Source: the human T2T-CHM13v2.0 reference genome, Homo sapiens
Length of the DNA stretch: 64,000 nt
Direction: 5' to 3' (one strand)
NCBI RefSeq assembly: GCF_009914755.1
Contig: NC_060938.1
In this document: one piece after another, positions 36,807 to 51,260 of the stretch
Numbering within the stretch: the first letter of the stretch is position 1
Layout of the letters: each line of letters starts with the position of its first letter
Translations under genes and position numbers: made by a program
The notes under the pieces: model-generated
Told to the model about the DNA's origin: nothing
Seen by the model: only the letters and a program-made list of their open reading frames with translations
Databases searched by the model: none

Positions 36807-39165
36807 AGGGAACCTGATATGGGGCTGAGTGGAGACAGTGAAAAGAATGATGCGTCAGGTCCTGGGTGAAAAAGACTATAGTGATATTCAGTAAAACTGT
36901 TACAAATATCAAGGGCTTGGTGCTTGCTTTCCAAGGTAGTAAGGACTAAAAACTCTGTCCCACTCCAAGTTAATCTTGGAAAATCCAAGGGAAGAAGTGA
37001 GCAGTGTCAGTTTGAAAGAGGAAAGGAAACCAAGCAGAAGTCCTAGGTGTGCAGTAAGCAGGAAACAATGGGAGAAACTGGCCTGGCCCTGAGAAGGACT
37101 GTGCAACCTAACCACCTTCTCGCTTACTCTTTCCCCCAGGTGAGAGCTCTTTTGTAATAATAATAAGAGAAAGTGATAATTTAGCTGCCACTGGAGGAAA
37201 ATTGTTGGTGCCCATGTGGCTTGCAATGGGAAGAAGCTTAAAAGAAGACAACTGATTGGATGGAGAGGGCCAACCTACCCAAGTCATATGAAAGTGACTT
37301 ACTTAGCACATTCAGGCATTGTCTGTCTGCATAGACCACATTTTGGTTGCCCCTATTATTGCTCCATGCAAATAGTGCAAATTTGAGCATCAACATAGCA
37401 GCTGAATTCCATTTAAAGATACACCTTAAAACATGGTTTCTCAGTGATTTTAATAACAACCTGTGGTTTCTGATTAGAAAACGAGCAAGTTTCCACAGGA
37501 AAAGACTAACCATTCTTTGCCCAGATCACATCAGCCCCCAAAGGGATAAACTTAAAGGACTGAATGATTGTTATTAGAAGCATTTGGTTCCAGTTTTGTG
37601 GGGGAAACTTTGTCCTTCAACTTTGTAGTCTGATCTGTTTGTTTGCTGTGTTTTTTTTAAATTTGATTTATCCATTCATTTTTCCCACCAGACCCACATG
37701 GAATTGACCCTAATGCTTTTTGGAAAGGAATTGTACCACACCACTATAATCAGTCAGAAGGACATTGTGTGGTTTGTTAGTTCCTCATCTCCAACACTAC
37801 ATGTGGTCCTGTGAAGCTCAGGCTGCTGCTGTCTGAGCCAACTTTTTGGGCAGCTGCCAATATTACCTGCTTTGTTAGATGTTTACTGTATCTTCTACCT
37901 CTAATGGAGGACAGAAAAGATTACTTTTTTCAACTAATCATAGATGGTCTTTGATTTACTTGATTACAGCCCCTTTTTTCCTAAAAGACAGCCCTGCTGT
38001 TTAATTTCTACAAAACCTTCTGTGTAAGAACTAACACCACCAAGTTCCCAGGAAGCTAGGCCAAGGGTTGATTCAGGTGATGTTCCCACTGTGTCACACT
38101 CTCAACCCTCCTATAGTTGTAAAAGTACTCACTCCTTTAAATCTTCTCCCACCTCAGAGTGGATGAGGTTTGTTTCCCAGGATGCTCCGTCAATATTTAG
38201 AGCAACCTCTTTTTTTCCTTTCTCATTAAACAGTTATAAATCTAGTGCCCGGGTGCCAAATCATCAGGTCCAAGGTCCCCACAGCCATCTCCTAGGATTC
38301 TTCGGAGCCCTTCAAGAATTGGAACTCCTAATGCCTAACAGAGTGCCCCCAGAATTTATGAGATGGTTAGGCAAATTTATGTGCACCTGAACCTCACTGT
38401 ATAACCATCAGTGTCAAGATTATATGAACAACTAGTCAATTGTAGGTGACAATGATCATACACACACATTTAAAACTATTTTGATACTGTGATGTGTTTA
38501 GTCTTCTTTGTTCTAAATATTTGACCCAAGCCATCTTTCACCTTAACTTTTCTTAAGTTAAAACACTTAGTTTTTTACATAGTTTTTTGTACAATTTACA
38601 ATTTCCTCTAGAACATTCAAGTTACTGTGCTATGCAGGGTAGTCCTAACAAAAGAAAAAAAAAGGCCTACAACAAGACAGTCCTTTATTACTGTAATACA
38701 ATTCTGATTTCAACCTATTCTTTAAAAAAATCACTGCAGTTTGCCACTAGAAAGCACCAGTGAAACATAAAATGTTAACTGTAACTCATAGTGCCCTTAG
38801 GCATACATAGCAGTCCTCCTTCCCCATAACAGTGTTGTGAGCCAATTCCTTCCTAACAGACTTCTGAATCATTCTGATGAATAAGAACATCTCCCTGGAA
38901 GAGTCTCCCAATGTATTCACGAGACAGCTCTAGTTATCACCTGCATTGTTCCTGCACCTTGAAAAAAGTAGAGCCGGCTCAACTTCCTCCATAAAAATAC
39001 TGTGGAAAGAACTTTACTAATTACTGCTGTGTTGCAACCAGAATTAACTTTCATTTTGTATACATAATTTTTTATTTAAAGTATCACTGTTAATACCATA
39101 GCATCTCATGGCATTTTTGTGGAAACTTCTGAATATCCTAAAGTTTCTAAATTTACCATTGTGAA

Positions 39166-41100
39166 TGATATTGTTTGACTATGTCTCCACTCAAATCTCA
39201 TCTTGAACTCCCATGTGTTGTGGGAGGGGCCCAGTAGGAGGTAATTGAATCATGGGGGCAGGTCTTTCCTGTGCTATTCTCACAATAGCAAGTCTCATGA
39301 GATCTGATGGTTATTAAAAGGGGGGCCTTTTCCTCCACAAGCTCTCTCTTTGCCTGCTGTCTTCTATGTAAGATGTGACTGGCTCTCCTTGCCTTTCACC
39401 ATGATTGTACAGCTTCCCCAGCCACATGGAACTGTAAGTCCAATTAAACCTCTTTCTTTTGTAAATTGCCCAATCGTGGGTATGTGTTTATTCAGCAGTG
39501 TGAAAACAAACTAATACAGTAAATTGGTACCAGGAGTGGGGTGTTACTGAAAAGATACCTGAAAATGTGGAAGTGACTTTGGAACTGGGTAACAGGCAGA
39601 GGTTGGAACAGTTTGGAGGGCTCAGAAGACAGAAAACTATGGGAAACTTTGGAACTCCCTAGAGACTTGTTGAATGGCCTTGACCAAAATGCTGATAATG
39701 ATATGGACCATGAAATTCAGGCTGAGGTGTTCTCAAATGGAGATGAGGAACTTGTTGGGAACTGGAGTAAAGGTGACTCTTCTTATGTTTTAGCAAAGAG
39801 ATTGGCAGCATTTTGCCCCTGCCCTAGAGATTTGTGGGACTTTGAACTTGAGAGAGATTATTTAGGGTATCTGGTGGAAGAAATTTCTAAGCAGCAAAGC
39901 ATTCAAGCGGTGACTTGGTGCTGTTAAAGGCATTCCGTTTTATAAGGGAAGCAGAGCATAAAAGTTCAGAAAATCTGCAGCCTGAGAATGTGATAGAAAA
40001 GAAAAACCCATTTTCTGAGGAGAAATTGAAGCAGGCTGCAGAAATTTGCATAAGTAACAAGGGGTCAAACGTTAACCCCCAAGACAATGGAGAAAATGTC
40101 TCCAGTGCATGTCAGAGGTCTTCATGGCAGCCCTTCCCATCAGAGGCCCAGAGGCTTAGAAGAAAATAGTTTCTTGGGCCTGTCCCAAAGGTCACCATGT
40201 TGTGTGCAGTTTAGGGACTTGGTGCCCTGCATCCCAGCCACCCCAGCCATGACTAAAAGGGACCAAGGTACAGCTTGGGCTGTTGCTTCAGAGGGTGGAA
40301 GCCCCAAGCCTTGGCAGCTTCCACATGGTGTTGGGCCTGCAGGTGCACAGAAGTCAAGAATTGAGGTTTCAGAACTTCCACCTAGATTTCAGAAGATGCA
40401 TGGAAATGCCTGGATGCCGAGATAGACGTTTGCTGCAGGGGCAGGGTCCTTATGGAGAACCTCTGCTAGGGCAGTGCAGAAGGGAAATGTGGGGTTGGAG
40501 GCCCCACACAGAGTCCCTACTGGGGCACCACCTAGTGGAGCTGTGAGAAAAGGGCCACCGTCCTCCAGACCCCAAAATGATAGATCCACTGACAGCTTGC
40601 ACTGTGTGTCTGAAAAAGCCACAGACACTCAAAACCAGCCTGTGACAGCAGCTAGGAGGAAGGCTGTACCCTGCAAAGCCACAGGGGTGGAGCTGCCCAA
40701 GACCATGGGAACCCACCTCTTGCATCAGTGTGACGTGAATGTGAGACATGGAGTCAAAGGAGATCATTTTGGAGCTTTAAGATTTGACCGCCCTGCTGGA
40801 TTTCAGACTTGCATGGGGCCTGTAGCCCCTTTGTTTTGGCCAATGTCTCCATTTGGAATGGCTGTATTCATCCAATGCCTGAACCCTCATTGTATATAGG
40901 AAGTAACTAATTTGCTTTTGATTTTACAGGCTTATAGACGGAAGGGACTTGCCTTGTCTCAGATGAGACTTCGTACTGTGGACTTTTGGGTTAATGCTGA
41001 AATAAGACTTTCGGGGACGGTTGGGAAGGCATGATTGGTTTTGAAATGTGAAGACATGAGATTTGGGAGGGGCCAGGGGTGAAATTACATGGTTTGGATG
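39166..41100 (+). mobile_element. THE1B-like MaLR provirus: 5' LTR 39166-39518, internal 39519-~41084, only ~15 nt of 3' LTR
   Basis: LTR tgatattgtttg...ctaataca; internal start gtaaattggtacc; decayed internal ORF (MEGSEDRKLWETLELPRDLLNG...); PPT gggaggggccagggg. Confidence 0.88.
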
Positions 41101-43225
41101 AATGGAAGCCGTATTAGAGGCTGACTACTCCAGTCTGCCCTCTGGCCTGCTATGATTCATGTCTTCCCCACATGCAAAATTTCCTCATCCTCTCTCAAGG
41201 CCCAGGAGTTTCAACTCATTAGAGCATCAGCTCAAAGTTCAGAATCTTGTCATCTAAATTAGCTCCAAGCATTGATGAGGTTTCTCAGGTGAAGTTCCTT
41301 AAGCACAGCTCCTCAAATACAATTCCTCTTGATCTATAGACCTGAAATTATAAAAAGAACTTTTATCTATCCCACCCTACACACACACACACACACACAC
41401 ACACATGCTTACACACACTCAATATACAATGGAGACAGGCATTGGAAAATGGCTGTATACAACCCTGTCAAAAAAAAAGAAAATTGAGTATGAAAAGGAG
41501 TCACTGATCCACATCAGTTCTGAAATCCAGCTGGGTAAATGTTGGAAGTTCCTTGATTAGATTTGGTGTCTTGGAATAATTTTTCCTCACTTAACTCTAC
41601 CTTATCAAGTTCATGTTTCTACCCTCTGTGTCTTCCTTCCTTGTTGTATAGGATAGCATGTGCTTATGGCTAAACAGCTATCACAGTCTCCTTCCTTAGC
41701 AGGTCCAAAGGTCACTGCTAATGCTGTACTGTCTGTTTCCTCGGGTCTAAGGTGGTGGTATTCCTGCATACATAACTCTTTTAAGAACTGTGCAGATCTC
41801 CTATAAATCATCTTGGGGTTGACTTCCTTAGACAAATGCCCCACTTGCAAATCACAAGATAAGCTCTTCTCTCTCTCTCGAGCCTTGGCTGAGATACCTG
41901 AGACAGAGCCAGACTCAATCTCTATTGAAACAAACAAACAAAAAAGCTCTAAAGCTTTCTAGAAGCATTATTGTTTTATTCAGAGGATCTGTGAGACATA
42001 CCATTAATGTTTATAAGGAACACTTTGTATGAATGAAAGTATCCTGGGGCATGAAGTTGATCTTTCTAAGATATTTACAGAAGTTTTGATAGTCACATCC
42101 TTAGCTTCATCTTTAGACTGTCATTCTCCTGTGAGTGCTCTGGATCTGATCTTTAATCAAAAGCATTTTTAAAAAATGTTGGCACCATTTTCCATCTGGA
42201 AAGAATGAAAATTTTCAAAACTATCACATCTTGATGGCTTTTTGTTTCACAGTCCTTACCTCAATTCCTTCTTTCCTCTCCTATTTTACTATAAGCAGCA
42301 AGAAGAAACCAGGCAGCACCTTCAACACTGTGTTTGGAAATCTCCTAAGCTAGATCACTTCATTCATGAAGCACATTTTCTACTTTCCACATTACTATAG
42401 GCAAAATGTTACTAAGTTTTTTGCTATTACCAACAAGGACTCCTCCTTCCTTAATTTACTGCCTATATTTACCCTCAGCTTTATAGAAGACCAAGAGGCT
42501 TCTATTTACAACTTCTTAAGGACACTATATAGTGTCAATAACACTTTGCTCAAAACCCGGGGCCCAGTTCCAAATACCTACATTGTAGGCATACCTACAT
42601 TTTAGGTATTCATCATGACAGCACCCTAATTCCAGGCCCTAAAATCTGTATTTGTTAATTTTTGATGCATAAAAAATTACAACAAAAATTATCAGTTTAA
42701 AACAATAAACATGTATTATCACACTGTTTCTGTGAGTCAGGAATCAAAAGCAGTTTGGCTAGGTAATTTTGGCTCTGGATGTCTTATAAGGTTGTAGTCA
42801 AACTGTCAGCTGGGACTGCAACCATCTCAAGGCTCAACAACTCAACCGTGAATGAAGGATAAACTTCCAAGTTCACATATTTATTAGCAAGCTTTAATTA
42901 CTCAGGGTCTTTCAGATTGAGGACCTTAGTTTCTCAAAGGCTGTTGGGCTGAGAAACTCAGTTCTTCCCCACACCATGTAGACCTCTCCATATTGCTGCT
43001 CAAAACATGGCATCATGCTTCCCCAAACACAGATGTTCTGAGATAGAGAAATTGCACACACTCAAGATTGAAGTCACAGTCTTTTTTAACATAATCTCAA
43101 AAATGACATCTCATTACTTCCACCTTTAAAAATGGGTCAGTAAGTCCAGTCAACACTGAAAGCAAGATGATTATATAAGTACATGAATACCAGGAGTGTT
43201 TGGTCATTATGGACCATCTTAGAAG
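41101..43225 (-). mobile_element. MLT1(E/F-like) provirus: stub of one LTR, internal region to 42646, other LTR 42647-~43225
   Basis: gaggctgactactcca|gtctgccctctggcc...cccacatgcaaaat internal boundary; ccaggccctaaaatc|tgtatt boundary; tttctgtgagtcaggaatc LTR motif. Confidence 0.65.
41379..41418 (+). repeat. (CA)n microsatellite
   Basis: Direct reading. Confidence 0.9.
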
Positions 43226-44164
43226 GTCATCATGGACCATTTTAGAAGACCCTGAGATGATAGGTAAAGATCATGCAGCAAGACAGAAAGAAAAACTACC
43301 TGATGAATTTCTAGTCTCATGAGACCTGGCTATTTCCTTAGTTGTATTCTATAATATTGTGAGATTTCTCTGAACAATAAAAATAAATGCATCCACTGTT
43401 AAGTAAGCTTGAAAGAATTTCTGCTCCTTATGAAAAATAATTCCTAAAACTATATTCTATCTTCCTCCTGAGTCTGTACTCCAACTTCATGAGACAGAAA
43501 GCAAATATAATGCCCCTCTCTGCAACCTAAACAAGACTCAGAATGTCTAAGCTGCCCTGCAGATATTGTAGATCAGGCATGTTCTGTATTCTGCTGACCC
43601 TGTCAGCAAAGTTTTCTGCCAGCACATTAAGGACAGCACATTTATATTAGAAGCTGTGCTTTAATTTCTGTGACATGTAATGAAGCGGTCTCACTAGCCA
43701 GAATATTTTATTAGGTCATAATGTGTTAAATGTGGTTTAATCAAGAGGTGCCATTAGACAGCTTCCAAATGAACTTCAGATGTAAGGTGATCACACAACA
43801 AATCATCTATGGAAACCCCCTGAACTAATGTTAACAAAGATGAGTCAGCTCTACAATATAAGTATTTATATCCTCATAAGTAATAATAATAATTAAAATA
43901 GCTAACATTTATTACGTACACATATAAGATTCTCTTATAACTCAAGATATCTATACTAGGAATGCCCATAATTTTTTTTTACTTTCCATACACCCTTTTT
44001 TAGAAAACTTACAATAAGAAAAGAGAGCCTGCCTATATTGTTTATCTAAAATAATACATTTAATATTTACAACTCTAAAAAGCAATTGTCATATTATCTG
44101 CATTTCAAAGCTAAGGAAGCTAGAGTTTAGCAATATTAAGCAACCAGTCCAAGGTCAAATATCT

Positions 44165-44657
44165 TGCCTCCTAATCATCACACCCTTGGGTAGTCCCTTC
44201 TCACATTATATTAGAGATGGTTTGTGTCATCAATCAACATGGCAAACATGACAGTGTGTGACTTCTGGTGCTATGTCATAAAAATCATTGCAGCTTCTTT
44301 TCTTCCCTTGAATCACTCATTCTACGGGAAGCCAGATGCCATACTCTGAAAACATTCAAGAAGTCATAGAAAGAGGGCCATGTGGCAAATAACTAAGACC
44401 TCCTACCATCAACTTGCCAGCAATATCAGGGAGCCATTTTGGAAGTGAATTCTCCAACTCCAGTTAACTCTTGAGGTGACAGTATCCCCAGCTAGCATCT
44501 TGACTGTACCTCATGAGAGACCCCAAGCCAGAATCATCCAGGTGAAGTACCCCCAAATTTCTGTCACCCAGAAACTGTAAGATAATAAATATTATTGTTT
44601 TTTCAAGCCATTAAATTTCTAGGAAGTTTATTACTCAGCAATACATAGCTGATGTAG
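44165..44657 (+). mobile_element. MLT1-family LTR
   Basis: cacacccttgggtagtccc; gggaagccagatgccat; cagaaactgtaagataataaat. Confidence 0.65.
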
Positions 44658-44720
44658 CAATAAAGTTTGGTGCCTCTCCCTTAAGTTCTCTTATAGACTG
44701 TAGCCAGGATGTTGGCCAAA

Positions 44721-45120
44721 TGCTATAGTTTGTATGTTTGTCCCCCAAAAATCTCATGTTTAAATTTGATCCCCAGTGTTGGAGATGGGGCCTAATTGGG
44801 GGTATTTGGGTCATGGAGTTGGATCCCTCATAAATAGTTTGATGATGTCCTTGTGGTAATGAGTGAATTCTCACTTTATTAGTTCTCGAGAGAACTGGTT
44901 GTTAAAAAGAGCCTGGCACCTCCCCAACCCTTGCTCCCTCTCTCACCATGTAATCTATGTAGATTCTATCTCCCCTTCACCTTCTGCCATGAATGGAAGC
45001 AGCCTGAGGTTTTCACCAGATGCCCAATCTTCTACCCAGCAGAATAGAAGAGCCAAATAAATCTCCTTTTTTTAACCTAATTTCAGGTATTCCTTTAAAG
45101 CAACATGAAACAGACTAAGA
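44721..45120 (+). mobile_element. MSTB-like solo LTR nested in a minus-strand MLT1 LTR fragment (~44680-45470)
   Basis: tgctatagtttgtatgtttgtcccc...cagactaaga; ccaaa on both sides. Confidence 0.75.
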
Positions 45121-45555
45121 CCAAATACTCATGTAGCTGTTGGCAGAATTCCATTACTGGCTGGTTATTTGTCAGAGATCTCCCTCAGTTTCTTGCTTTG
45201 TGGGCCTCTCCTAAAGCAACTCAAAACATGGCAGCTATCTGACTTACTTTAGAGCAAGAAAAAGAGAGCAAATAGGGAGCACCCAAGAAGAAAGTCATAG
45301 TCTTTTTGTAACCTACTCTCAGAAATAACAGTACAAAAAATCTGCCATATTCTATTTCCTAGAAGGAAGTCACTAAATTCAGCCCACACTCAAGGGGAGA
45401 AGATTGCACAAGGATATGAATACCAGGAACTGGGGATAATTAGGGGCCATCATGAATATTGGATACCACACTGGGATGTGATTCCAGTGGTCTGAATTAA
45501 TACTCTTCATCATTATACTGTAGGCCTCCCTTGAGTACATCCACATACGTTATGA

Positions 45556-46075
<520 letters not shown>

Positions 46076-46292
46076 TAATCCTCAAAGTATCACCAACTCA
46101 AAAATTCATTCATAGACAACTTTATTGATGACTCCAGGGAAACTGAAATGATTATCTTGTCTCTCAGTAGATGACTTTAAAATAGGACATTAGCCAGTCC
46201 TGTCTAAAATTATTCCAGCCCCGTAGGAATTGGCAACTTCTCAGGGATCATCTTTCCCAAAGGCCCCATCTACTACTTTGTTTGTCCCTCCT

Positions 46293-46440
46293 CAGGGCTG
46301 CCACATAGAATTGTGCAGGTTGTTTACTGCACAGAGGTGTTTGGCTAAAGGGGTGAGTGAGAGGCTGAAATTCAGCCCATGCTCTGCTTCACAGCCTTAG
46401 GAGGCACATATCCTAGGACAGTTCTATATGGGCTAGTTGA
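46293..46440 (+). mobile_element. MER91-like hAT MITE
   Basis: cagggctgccacatagaattgtgcaggttgtttactgcaca start. Confidence 0.55.
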
Positions 46441-46729
46441 AGTTCTGTGCCTTTTTCATAGTTCTGTGCCTGCTTTTCAGGGCCCCTTCTCTCATTTCTA
46501 AGATATTTTGGAAATTCCTAAGACAAAAAATGGAACAAAACCCTCTTATTATTTATAATTTACTCATCTAGGGGAGGAGTCCTACAAGTTAAAGAACTCT
46601 GCTTATTGAGCACATTATTTTTAATGTAATGACCTACATACTTGAAGATAAAGTTCAGTGAAGAGTGTGAAGATGCAAAATTAGAAAAACCTAGGCAAAG
46701 CTAAAGTGCTTTACTTAAGAAAAGGGATA

Positions 46730-49040
46730 TGGGGGAGATGGCATCATCAAGATGGTAGAATGGGAAGCCCTAGATACTCCTTCCTTCATGAATTAACAAC
46801 AATACACAGACCAACTGCCTTTGTGAAAAATTCAGAAAGCAGTTGAGGTTCTTATGAAACCCTGAAACCCTGTTTTCTTTCTGGAGAGGGAAGGGAGCAG
46901 AATGTACATTCAATGTTCTGACTTTTAAAAGGGATGCTCAAGAGATAGGTCTTGCCTAATACAAGCACTGACAAGAACAGGAACATGGTGACACCAGGTT
47001 CGGGGCCTGTGACAAGAAAGGTGATCAACATGCACCCATGTCTGCAGTATCAAAGGTAGAGGATATATCCTTGCAAAAGATTTGAAAGGTCTCTGGAATA
47101 TCTTGCCAAGATGAGTGGAGAAAATCCTTGCTGTATAAAACCAGACTGTAAAGTATAGGAGAGGTGGCTGATTTTTCAATTGCCAAAATCCCAACAGAAG
47201 ATAATAAGACACCCAAAGAAAGAGAGAAATAAGGTCCATTTAAAGGGTTAAATTAAATCTTCAGAAATTTACATCAAAGAAACAGGAACATATGAAAAGC
47301 TCACAGACAACTTCATACTGAATGAAAGCTTTTCCTGTAAGATCAGAAACAAGAGAGGGATGCCTACCACCACTGCTATTTAACATAGTACGGAAATCTT
47401 GGCCAGAACTGTTAGACCAAAAACAAGGGGAAAAGGTGGCATCCGAATTAGAAAAGAAGTAAAATTATCTCTGTTTGCAGATGATATACGGTTACATGTA
47501 GAAAACTCTGAAGATGACACACACGCACACACAATATACAAGTAATAAATGATTTCTGCAATGTCAAAGAATACAAAAGCAACAAAAAAATCACTTGTTT
47601 CTATACACTAACAATAACCAATCTGAAAATAAAATTAAGAAAAACATCCCATTTACTATAGCATCATTCTAAAATTCATATGGAATTTCAAGGGACTCTG
47701 AAATAGCCAAAACAATCTGGAAAAATAAAGTTTGAGACCTCACACTTTCCTGATTTCAAAACGTTCTACAAAGCAACAGTAATTAAGACGCTGTTGTACT
47801 AGCATGAAGACAGATACATAGACCAATTGAACAGAAAACGAGCCAAAAAATAAACTCTTGAATATATGACCAAATGATTTTTGACAAAGGTGTCAAGATT
47901 ACATAATGGTAAAAGGACAGCATCTTCAACAAATTGTCTTGGGAAGACTAGATAACCACATGTAAAAGAATGAAATTGGACCTTTATTTTACACAACATG
48001 CAAAAATTAACTCAAAATAGATTAAAGACCTAAATGTACGACCTAAAACTATAAAACTCCTAGAAGAAAACATAAAGAAAAAGATTCAGTATATTAGATT
48101 TGGCAGTGATTTTCTTGATTACGACACCAAAAGTGCAGGCAACAAAAGGAAAAATAGACAAATGGGACTACATTACATTTTTAAACTCCTGCACATCAAA
48201 GCAAACAATCAACAGAGTGAAAAGGTAGCCTACAGAATGGGAGAAAATATTTGCAAATTATATATGTGATAAGGTATTAATATCACAAATATATAAGGTA
48301 TTCTAAAACTCAATGATAAAAAACAAATAACCTGACTTATACATGGACAAAGAACTTGAATACTCCAAAGAAGATATACAGATGGGCAAGAAGGATATGA
48401 AAAGATGCTCAATATCACTCATTAGGAAAATACAAATCAAGACCACCATGAAATATCACTTTATACACAGCAGGATGACCACTACCAAAAGAACAGAAAA
48501 TAACTGTTGATGAAGATGTAGAGAAATTGGAGCCCTGTACACTCTCAGGGGAAATGTAAAATTGTGCAGCCATTAAGGAAAACAGTGAGACTCCCTACAA
48601 AGTGAAAAATAAAATTACCGTTTGATCCAGCAATTTCACTTCTGCATATATATTCAAAAGAACTCAAAATAGTATCTCAAAGAGATACCTAGACACTTCA
48701 GTTCATCATGGATTATTCACAATAGCCAAACAATGGAAGCGCCCCCTATGTCCAGTGACAGATGAATGTTATACAATGGAATAATATGCAGCCTCAAGAA
48801 AGAAGAAAATCCTGTCACATGCTACAACGTGGAAGAAACTTGAAAACATTAAACATTATACTAAGCAAAAGAACTCAGTCACAAAAAGACAATATATGAC
48901 TTCACTCATATGAAGTATCTAAAGTATCAAAATCATAAAAACAGAAAGTAGAAAGGTGGTTGCCAAGGCGAAGGGTAGAAAACAGGCAGAATTAGTGTTT
49001 AGTGGGTACAGAGTTTCAGTGTTGCAAGATGAGAAGTTAG
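46730..49040 (+). mobile_element. Old L1M (L1MA/MB-like): 5' remnant joined to ORF2 3' half and 3'UTR
   Basis: caagatggtagaatgggaagccc 5' motif; ctctgtttgcagatgat (FADD); acagagtttcagtgttgcaagatga 3' end. Confidence 0.75.
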
Positions 49041-49459
49041 AGTTCAGAAAGGTCAAGTAACTGCCACAAGGTAATAAAGTAAAACGTAGAGTAAACAAAA
49101 ATCATAGCCATATCTCTCTGATATTGGAACCCTGCTTTTTTTCCCTACAGCATATTATCTCCATACAAATAGTTTGGTCTCAGGTATAGCAATATAAATT
49201 GCTTAAACTCCTCAGACCAACATATAATGAGCATGCTTTTGATCAATGCGCCTATTTTATGTGCTTCAAGATAGATTGAAAGCTTAGCAGAATATTATCA
49301 GGAAGCACTCATCGGCATCCAAATTCTTCTATATGGCCTCTTAGGGAAATCAAAAAGACCAAAGTTTTAACACACTCAATCCCTGTCCCCCATGGCATGC
49401 CTAGCACTCACTATGATAATTTACATGAAACAGAACATTTAATTTGGGAATTTCAGCTA

Positions 49460-49915
<456 letters not shown>

Positions 49916-50299
49916 AGAAAGTAGATCTAGGGACAGGACTTAGTGAGAAATATGAGGATGCTGTGTTGTGACTTCTAACTTATCAGATCACAAAGAAAAA
50001 AAATGAAAGCTTTCTGCTCTTTCACCTCCAGCCTAGAGGCAGGGTGCTTCATTGGGACCATGTAGAGAGCCAATAAAAGTTGGCTATCTCCCCAGGAAGA
50101 CTGGAGAGCTTCTTTGATGGCAAAGTAAGTATAGGCTGTTGCTGCATGAAGGAAGTAGCTGTATTTGCAGCAAACCATGCATGATGAGAATGGACTGTAG
50201 ACCAGATGTGGATCTCATAGGAGTCAGCCAAATGCCTGGCTAATTCAACCCCCTGGAGGGGTCAACAGGACTCCAAACAGGAAGGAGAAAATTGCATTC

Positions 50300-51260
50300 A
50301 AGATCACTGTGCAACCTGTGCAGTGTCATGGAACCCTGCACTCAGAAGGGCCCTCCCCTGACACCATGCTTGGTTTAACACTCTGTATATTAAAATTCTT
50401 AATAATTGTATGAACTTGTGTTTTGTAAGTCAAATAGAACAATGTGTGCCTGCCATTCCTTGCTGCCCCATTTGCATATAGCATTCATGATGTCCCATGA
50501 CACTGAATTCCAGCAGACCCACAATGCCTGGGAGTTCAGCAAGACTCAAAGTGAGTATAAGGTAAATGCATTATATCTTTAACCTAGTAAGCAGTGCCTG
50601 CTTACAGGCCCCACAGGCCACATTATGCATGTGAATCAGAATTTGCTTTCAGTAAAAAGAAGACAACAGCATTCTAAGAAACACAAACAACCAAGGAACT
50701 CTATCATATAGGTTGTAGTTGTTCCTTCTTACTCATTTCACTTTTCTGAATCAGCTAATCATTTACACTAAAAATGATAACACGGAAAAGGAAAGACAGA
50801 GAAAGTCATAATTCCTTTTTCTTTCAATCTTTCCTTACTCATTGATAAGCCCAAGGTAGAGAGTGTTGGTAGGATGTACAAGTATCAGGAAGCGGAATAA
50901 AACAGTGGAGTTAGTTTTGGACACTGTTTCCATGGTTCTATACATGTATGTCCCAGCTGCAAAATGTAAGCTGTATAATTTCAGTAACTGTGCATACAAG
51001 TTAAATGCTTGTACATTTGCTTTGAAAATAGGCATTGCAAAATATAAAGACGAACAGTAAAATAATACTAATTTAATTTTTTTCTTAGGATGACATTAAA
51101 TAGCAAAGAAAAATACCATGTCAAGTTGAGACAGACTGTGATAGACAAGAAAAAGCTTTATATTTGAGTACTTTTAGGGACATATTTTTCCTTCTTTTTG
51201 AACAAGGGACTCTAAATGTCATGTTTGTACTGGGTCCTGAAAATTACGTAGCCAGTTCTG
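50300..51260 (+). mobile_element. MER45B-like hAT element
   Basis: gcaacctgtgcagt...cactcagaagggccc...aaattcttaataatt start; gaacaaggg...aaattacgtagccagttctg end. Confidence 0.7.

Noticed and set aside
39613-40899. Cluster of 80-140 aa ORFs
   Set aside because: Frameshifted remnants of the THE1 internal ORF and their antisense shadows
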